Assembly (NCBI GenBank): GCA_965279515.1
Contig: CBDIID010000003.1
Span: 4,512,001 to 4,576,000 of the forward strand
Source: Turneriella sp.
Lineage (GTDB): Bacteria; Spirochaetota; Leptospiria; Turneriellales; Turneriellaceae
Direction of reading: 5' to 3'
Length of the DNA: 64,000 nucleotides
Under the pieces are notes generated by a model. The model was given only the letters and a program-made list of their open reading frames with translations, was not told the origin of the DNA and ran no database searches. The position numbers and the translations under genes are program-made. Positions 57,654 to 64,000 of the stretch are shown here, one piece after another (position 1 is the first letter of the stretch; the number at the start of each line of letters is the position of its first letter).

Positions 57654-58370
57654 TTAATAACTCAGTTTGCGGTTTGTGCGCATTGCATACTCCTCGAGTT
57701 CGTCCGGAGTTCCCAAATGCTCAAATGTTTCAGTAGGGAATGCAACTACAGAGCCCGTGCGTTTAATCGTGAAATTGTACACCGGAGAGATACTGAACAC
57801 TTTCGCCGCAAGGGCCGCTTTAGCATCGGTAACGAAATCTTTCCCGCTTCGCCACCAATAGGGTCCGGTAGTGGACCATGGACTAAACGGATCTTTTTCT
57901 CTCGTTTCCAAAACTTCGGTATCTCTTAATCTACAATAAGAATATTGCGGGTTCACAGCCCTCCGGATGGTTACGCCGCCCGAGGCGCGGCGGGAACGGA
58001 AAAAATCCAGCGCCCGCACCAGCTCGTCCGGGTCAATCAGGGCGTCGCAATCCGCGATCAGGATTTCATTTTCTTCGCTTATGCTTTGACTGCCAAAAAG
58101 CAGGGAAATTGTTTCTAGTGGACCGCGCGTATACGTCGCGAGGGGCAAGAATGAGATCTCACGGTTTTTTTGAATTTTCGCAAATTCTTTCTCGAATTCC
58201 GGCCGAATGATTACGAGATAACTGGCCCCCGGAGGGTATGAGTGAATAGCCCATTCGAAGAGCGTTTTTCCGTCCAGCCGTATGAACGGCTTATATGTTT
58301 GAATCCCCGCGTGCCTGAATCTTTCACCCGTTCCGCCGATCGGAAATATGACTGTCAGGGGATTATTCAT
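57654..58370 (-). CDS. Sugar-phosphate nucleotidyltransferase (NTP_transferase family)
   Basis: PIGGTGERF...YKPFI, TRGP, ILIADCD, YSY, EKDPFS, TGPY.W, LGTPDEL. Confidence 0.88.
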   Translation of the reverse strand: MNNPLTVIFPIGGTGERFRHAGIQTYKPFIRLDGKTLFEWAIHSYPPGASYLVIIRPEFEKEFAKIQKNREISFLPLATYTRGPLETISLLFGSQSISEENEILIADCDALIDPDELVRALDFFRSRRASGGVTIRRAVNPQYSYCRLRDTEVLETREKDPFSPWSTTGPYWWRSGKDFVTDAKAALAAKVFSISPVYNFTIKRTGSVVAFPTETFEHLGTPDELEEYAMRTNRKLSY

Positions 58371-58692
58371 CGACTATTACCTTATCCGACGCTCCGACTG
58401 ATGGAACTTTTACCACGATAACTTCACAATCGGTAAGAAAAACCGGTTTCGCGGCTTCTTTAGGTTCAAAAGTAAAAATCTGCTTCGCATGCAGCGTGAT
58501 GCCATTGACCATCATCGAACCGCTAAGTAAGAGATTTATTTCCATTGCGGTTTTTTGGTAATGATTGGGCCAGTCTTCCCCTTGCCGGTGGAACTTATAG
58601 CCTATTTCGAATGCTTCAGATCTAAAGACGCTAGGCTCAAAATTTCCAATAAAATAACCCAAGTGCATATCATCGAGTGAATAGATTTTCAT
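58363..58692 (-). CDS. Small cupin-fold protein
   Basis: G.FIGNFEPS, HYQ...EINLLLSG, P.F..DC..IVVKVPS..DK; translationally coupled on both sides. Confidence 0.75.
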   Translation of the reverse strand: MKIYSLDDMHLGYFIGNFEPSVFRSEAFEIGYKFHRQGEDWPNHYQKTAMEINLLLSGSMMVNGITLHAKQIFTFEPKEAAKPVFLTDCEVIVVKVPSVGASDKVIVDE

Positions 58693-59741
58693 TTTGAACT
58701 CTGTAGGGCATCGAGAAAAGCACGCGCCCCGGCTTCTATCCCGTTTTTATGGCCATGTATGGCCCCTCCGGCACTGATCATAATATCATTGCCGAATATT
58801 CTTCGCAATTTCCCCACGAGGCCCGGATGTGCGCCGCACGAGAAACTTGGAATAGTGTTTCTAAGTGCTTTGATTCTACTATGTAGAACAGCGGGGCTTT
58901 CATTGAGGTAACCGCCGAGCATCCCCACGTGAGAAAAATCGCACCCTATAAGGTTGATAATACGGCACAAGACATCAAATTGAATAGCGTTGGGGCCCGT
59001 GGTTAAGACTTTATCGCCCGATTTTTGAAAAAAGATTGCGATATTTACAAGCTTCCGGATCGCGTGAAAGGTGCCGAAGCCGCTCCAAATATTCATGTGT
59101 ACGGCTTTTATTCCCTGCTCTGCAGCCAGTTGCGCCTTTTCGATTGCTTCATTGCCGTCGCCGGTAATACACGGCGCGTAGATCATGCGGAATTCACCAA
59201 GCGCATCCCTAATGATCCGAATTCTTTCGGCAAATCTCGCGAAATTCTGGTCATTCAGGATCTCATCTTCTTTGATGAAGTCTGCTCCTCCCTTGGCCAT
59301 CTTTCGGCAAATTCCGGCAAACTCACTGGCGGCAAGACCTATTTTCGGTTTAACAATACCGCCTATGAGGGGCCGATCGTAGACCTGTAAGAAATCCCGA
59401 ATTCCCTGAATTCCGAACCGGGGGCCAGGAAACTGATGCTCGATAGCTGAGAGATCCAGGCCCACGAGTTTACATTCCTGGATATGATCTATATCCAGCT
59501 GCCCACCCATGATTACACTCAAAATATGACTAATGCCCGAGTTGCTGAATATTTCCGCAGGAAACCGTACCGTAATACGGTTTCCGCGGTATGAGCCTTG
59601 GGCAATAAAGGCGCCGAGTTTTTCATCCAATGGAGTACGAATATCCGGATTCCCGATAGTCTGGCCGATGCAAATATCACGGACTGCCTTGCGCATATTT
59701 TTTGCACGAACGCTGTAAGTGGCCGTAATAAATCGATCCAT
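58689..59741 (-). CDS. RuBisCO-like protein (form IV-type large-subunit homolog), compact 350 aa
   Basis: FPGPRFGIQGIR, RPLIGGIVKPKIGL, GGADFIKEDE, GCDFSHVG, PSFSCG.HPG, FGND....GGAIHGH..G..AGARA. Confidence 0.93.
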   Translation of the reverse strand: MDRFITATYSVRAKNMRKAVRDICIGQTIGNPDIRTPLDEKLGAFIAQGSYRGNRITVRFPAEIFSNSGISHILSVIMGGQLDIDHIQECKLVGLDLSAIEHQFPGPRFGIQGIRDFLQVYDRPLIGGIVKPKIGLAASEFAGICRKMAKGGADFIKEDEILNDQNFARFAERIRIIRDALGEFRMIYAPCITGDGNEAIEKAQLAAEQGIKAVHMNIWSGFGTFHAIRKLVNIAIFFQKSGDKVLTTGPNAIQFDVLCRIINLIGCDFSHVGMLGGYLNESPAVLHSRIKALRNTIPSFSCGAHPGLVGKLRRIFGNDIMISAGGAIHGHKNGIEAGARAFLDALQSSK

Positions 59742-59843
59742 CAGGAGCTTTTTTGAAACTAATCAGATATCAACTTGTCAATAAGTTTCATCGGAGATTG
59801 TTCTTGACTCTCGACGGAATACAAATCAAGTTGCGTCAAAAAA

Positions 59844-60605
59844 ATGTCAAAAGTTCGCCGACGCGTCAATACTTCTATTGTTATTCCGTGTTATAATGAA
59901 GAGGAGAATATTGAAAAAATGCTTGCTGGGTTTAGTGCAGCTTTGCGGGACGATTTTTTCGGCATAGAAATTATTTTTGTTAACAACGGATCCACAGACC
60001 GTACAGGTGAACTGTTGCAAAAAAAAATAGCTGACCATAAATTCGCGAAGGCTATTCACCTGGCGCACAATTTTGGTTACGGCCACGGCATATTAGCAGG
60101 TCTTAACAATGCGGATGGAAGTCTTGTGGGATACATGCACGGTGACATGCAGGTTCTTCCGGCATCAGTCATCGAAATCGCACGTTCACTATCATCGATC
60201 AAAATCAACGCACCATTGTTCTTTAAGGCGCGAAGATATGGTAGGAGTTTTTTTGAAGTTGTTTTTACTCTTTGTATGACTTTGTTTTGCTCGTTCTTAT
60301 TTAAATTCTGGTTAGCCGATATTAACGCTCAACCCACCTTTTTCAGAAAAAATCTCCTGGAAGATTTGACTGAGATTCCCGGGGATTTCTCCTTTGACCT
60401 TTTCTTATTCCTGATTGCAAAAAAAAGAGGCATTCAGTTGATCCGGAAGCCTGTTCGGGTACATAAAAGAATCGGAGGGATTTCCAGTTGGAATCATGGC
60501 ATCATTTCAAAGTTTGTATTATCATGGTCCTTTGTTAAGGCGGCCCTGAGTATCAGGAAAACTTTTCGGATTACAAGTAGTAAGCATCAGGTTCAAAAGA
60601 TATGA
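59844..60605 (+). CDS. GT2 glycosyltransferase (polyprenol-phosphate sugar synthase-like)
   Basis: SIVIPCYNEEENI, VNNGSTD.T, N.GYG..I..G, HGDMQ, DINAQP, FSFDL. Confidence 0.9.
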   Translation: MSKVRRRVNTSIVIPCYNEEENIEKMLAGFSAALRDDFFGIEIIFVNNGSTDRTGELLQKKIADHKFAKAIHLAHNFGYGHGILAGLNNADGSLVGYMHGDMQVLPASVIEIARSLSSIKINAPLFFKARRYGRSFFEVVFTLCMTLFCSFLFKFWLADINAQPTFFRKNLLEDLTEIPGDFSFDLFLFLIAKKRGIQLIRKPVRVHKRIGGISSWNHGIISKFVLSWSFVKAALSIRKTFRITSSKHQVQKI

Positions 60606-61204
60606 ACGGCAAAACGCACATTATCGCCCATAGAGTTAATACGGCCCTTGAGCTTTCGCGGATTCCGCCCGAGTTTGGAGTTGAAATTGATCTCCGCGAT
60701 CGGGAACATGGAATCATCCTGCAACATGATCCCTATCTTGGAGGGGAATTACTCGAGGACTTTCTCACTCATTACCGGCATGGTACGCTGATCTTGAATG
60801 TCAAGAGCGAACGGGTTGAGTTTAAGGCCATTGAAATTTTGCAAAGACTTAAGATCGATGAGTATTTTTTCCTGGATTCGAGCTTTACAATGATCAACCA
60901 CTTTACGCGGCTGAATAACAAGAGATTTGCGCTCCGTTTTTCGGAATTTGAGAGCATTGAGACATGCCTGGCTATGGCTGGCAGGCTGGAATGGGTTTGG
61001 GTGGACAGCATTGAAAAACTACCGCTCAGCCCGGAGGTATTTGCGCTTCTTAAGAGCAATGGCTTTAGAGTATGCTTGGCTTCTCCTGAGCTTTTAGGCA
61101 GGCCGGGGGAAATTTTCCAATACCACGAGTTTCTCCGCAAGAACGGGATTTTACCGGATGCAGTCTGCACGAAACTGGGGAATGCAGCGTTATGGCAAAG
61201 TTGA
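60602..61204 (+). CDS. Glycerophosphodiester phosphodiesterase / PI-PLC-like TIM-barrel protein
   Basis: IIAHRVN, GVEIDLR, HDP, ILNVK, RFSEFE, WVWVD, CLASPEL, AVCTK; ATGA overlap with the GT2. Confidence 0.82.
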   Translation: MNGKTHIIAHRVNTALELSRIPPEFGVEIDLRDREHGIILQHDPYLGGELLEDFLTHYRHGTLILNVKSERVEFKAIEILQRLKIDEYFFLDSSFTMINHFTRLNNKRFALRFSEFESIETCLAMAGRLEWVWVDSIEKLPLSPEVFALLKSNGFRVCLASPELLGRPGEIFQYHEFLRKNGILPDAVCTKLGNAALWQS

Positions 61205-61227
61205 CGGGCTGATTCTACCTGCGGAGC

Positions 61228-63998
61228 CTATCCCAACGCCCGATCCATCAGTTCTTTCTGCTCCCGTTCGTGCACCTTGAGAAGGCCAGCTGCCGGTGAA
61301 GGGCTGGTCTTGCGCGCCACGCACTGGATCATATTCTGAAACCGGCCTTTCGCGAGGCGCTCGTCGAACCGGTCTTTGACATAGAACCAGGCGCCCATGT
61401 TCTTGGGTTCTTCCTGAACCCAGTACAGCTCTTTCAGGTTTTTAAATGTCTCGAGCATTATGCCGACCGTTTCATACTTAAAGGGATAGAGCTGCTCGAG
61501 GCGCAGAATGGCAATGTGTTCAATCTTGCGCGCCGCCCGTTCTTTGACAAGGTCGTAATAAACTTTGCCGCTGCAGATGATGGCGCGCGTGACTTTGTCG
61601 GGGGTGGGCGTGGCATCGTTGATGACTTCGCTGAATTTCCCTTCTGTAATATATTTTAGGTCGCTGATAGCTTCGGGATGCCTTAAGAGGCTCTTCGGCG
61701 TCAGAACGATCAGCGGCTTCTTCTGTTTACGCAGAGCCTGGCGCATCAGTACGTGAAAGATTTGCCCCGGCGTCGTCAGGTTGCAGACGATCATGTTTTC
61801 CTTGGCGCAGAGCTGCAGAAAACGTTCCATGCGGGCACTCGAGTGCTCGGGACCCTGGCCTTCATAGCCATGGGGTAACAGCAGCACGAGACCGCTCATG
61901 CGGTTCCATTTTACCTCGCCGCTCGACAGGAACTGATCGATGATAATCTGGGCACCGTTAGCAAAGTCGCCGAACTGTGCTTCCCAGATCGCCAGCGTCG
62001 CCGGTGATGAAAGCGAATAGCCGTACTCAAAACCCAGCACGGCATATTCCGAAAGCGGGGAGTTCAGAATCTCTATCTTTCCCTGGCCTTCGCGTATGTG
62101 ATTGAGCGGCGTATATTTCGCGGCCGTCGAACTCTCGAGCAGAACTGCATTGCGGTGGGCAAAAGTGCCGCGTTCGGCGTCCTGGCCGCTGAGGCGGATG
62201 GAGATCCCCTTGTTGAGCAAGGCGCCGAAAGCCAGCGCTTCACCCATGCCCCAGTCGAGAGGCAGCTCACCCGCGGCCATCTTCGCGCGGTTATCGAGAA
62301 TATTCATAATCTTTTTGTGCGGATTAAAATTTGCGGGAACTGTCGTCAGTCCCTTGGCGATACTACGCAGCTCTTCGGCACTGATGGCCGTCACGGGTTC
62401 AGCATCTGCGCTTTTCGAAAAATCAGACCACAAACCTTTCATGCTGTCGACGTTGATGGTAACGTTTTTCTCTTCGGTCTCGAGGAAACTTTTCTCCAGA
62501 GATTCGTTGACTTTCGTTTTTATCGCGTCGAGCTCAGATACGGGCATGCCGCCCGCGACCAGGCGCTGTTCGTAAATTTCCACAGGCGTCGGGTGTTTGC
62601 GGATGATATCGTACATCGTCGGCTGTGTGAATGCCGGTTCGTCTGTTTCGTTGTGGCCGTGGCGGCGGTAGCAGACGAGGTCGATGACGACGTCTTTTTT
62701 GTAGCGCTGCTTGTATTCCATAGCGAGCGAGAGCACGCGGTGGCAGGCCTCGGGATCGTCGCCGTTGACGTGGAAGATCGGCACCTGGAATCCTTTGGCG
62801 AGGTCTGTCGCATAACCGGTCGAACGCGCCTCATCGGGCGTGGTTGTGAAACCGATCTGGTTGTTGATGACGATGTGTAGCGTGCCGCCGGTGGTATAGC
62901 CGGGAATATTCATGAGGTTCAACGTCTCGGGCACAACGCCCTGGCCGATAAAGGCGGCGTCGCCGTGAATGAGGATGCCCATGTACTTCTCGCGCGCATC
63001 GTCGTTATTGAGTGTCTGCCGCGCGCGCACCGAACCCATACATACGGGATTTACCGCTTCGAGATGGCTCGGGTTGAACATCAGGGTCAGGTGCACTTTT
63101 TTGCCGCTTGAGGTGATGTGTTCTGAAGAGTAGCCGAGATGGTATTTGACGTCGGCGTTATCGTAGGTGTTGACGTCGGCTTTTTCTTTAAATTCCGCAA
63201 AGATAAACTGTGCCGGTTTTTCCATGATGTTTTCCAGCACATTGAGGCGGCCGCGGTGGGCCATGCCGAGCACGATGCCGTTCATGCCCATCGCGCCGGA
63301 TTGCTCCACCGCCGCAGCGAGCATCGGGATTAATGCGTCCCCGCCTTCGAGAGAGAAACGCTTTTTGCCGACGAATTTTTTCCCCAGGAACTTTTCAAAA
63401 TAATCGGCTTGGTAGAGTTTTTCAAAGATGCGTAACTGCTGTTCTTTGGGCAAAGGCGCAGAATTGGCGCCGACTTCCATTTTATACTGCAGCCAGATAC
63501 GCTCCTGGGCATTGCGCAGGTAATAATGTTCCGCGCCGATCGAGGCACAGTAGGTTTTCTCAAACCAGGCGACGACATCCTTGAGTTTGGCAACACCCAG
63601 ACCCGGAACTTCGGTATCAAATTCGCTTTCGAGGTCGTCGCGGGTAAGATTGTTGAGGCGATCTTCAATGCCTGCGCGGTTAGGTTTTAAGATTCCGAGC
63701 GGGTCAAGGTGCGCAGCGAGGTGGCCGCGGCTGCGGTAGGCATTGAGTAAGTTCTGAACTCCCATTTCCTTGAGGAGCGAGATATCAATGCCAGCACCGA
63801 GCGTGAGTTCTTCGTTCTGTGCGACGCCATTGGCGCGGCGCCGTTGTTTCCGTTCGTTTCAATGTCGCGGAAAAAATCGCGCCAGTCAGAAGTCATCGTC
63901 TGTGGCTGGGTCTGGAACTTGGTGTAGAGGTCTTCGAGGAAGTATGCCTGATCGGCGCTGAGGGCGCTGCCGTAGCCGTCGCCGGATTTCGAACTCAT
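61228..63998 (-). CDS. sucA: 2-oxoglutarate dehydrogenase E1 component, with a frameshift near 63835 in the sequence as given
   Basis: YRSRGH..LDPL, KRFSLEG, GMAHRGRLN, DVKYHLG, NPSHLEAV, HGDAAF.GQG, WEAQFGDF, HGYEGQGPEHSS; N-terminal LEDLY...DW.DFF lies in another frame (63687-63998). Confidence 0.95.
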
Positions 63999-64000
63999 GC

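Noticed and set aside
58689..59741. Bona fide CO2-fixing RuBisCO (rbcL/cbbM)
   Set aside because: H294 and K334 equivalents appear substituted, and no rbcS, prk or AMP-phosphorylase/R15P-isomerase genes are nearby.
44275..61204. Prophage, ICE or IS-bounded mobile element
   Set aside because: No integrase, transposase, tRNA target or terminal direct repeats were recognised by eye.
62098..62880. 260-aa plus-strand ORF
   Set aside because: Antisense shadow of sucA.

Overview
Bacterial genomic window. LipL31-like, GlnA, IF-3 and SucA sequences and spirochaete-type lipoboxes suggest a free-living Leptospiraceae member (Turneriella-like); this is inference, not a database match. 1-31 kb is mostly housekeeping: glnA, dut, rnj, hisF, hisG, rpmF, kdsA, infC, cinA, a beta-oxidation operon and two sterol-desaturase/AGMO-like paralogs, with several structured intergenic elements. 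31.1-42.9 kb is a six-gene cell-surface operon: two outer-membrane beta-barrels, a 1649-aa lipoprotein with a Gly-rich tail, a ~990-aa lipoprotein, a hypothetical protein and a Zn-dependent PLC/P1-nuclease-like enzyme. 44.3-61.2 kb, between hisI and sucA, is an accessory island with four GT-C-like membrane proteins, two GT2 enzymes, a mirror-image JmjC-UbiA / radical-SAM x2 / UbiA-JmjC cassette, and a minimal RuBisCO-like protein in an operon with a cupin and a nucleotidyltransferase, divergent from a GT2 and a GDPD-like enzyme. The best candidate for a new system is this RuBisCO-like protein acting in biosynthesis of an unusual, lipid-carried sugar for surface glycosylation. sucA and one JmjC gene are frameshifted in the sequence as given. 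No rRNA, tRNA, CRISPR array or transposase was recognised.
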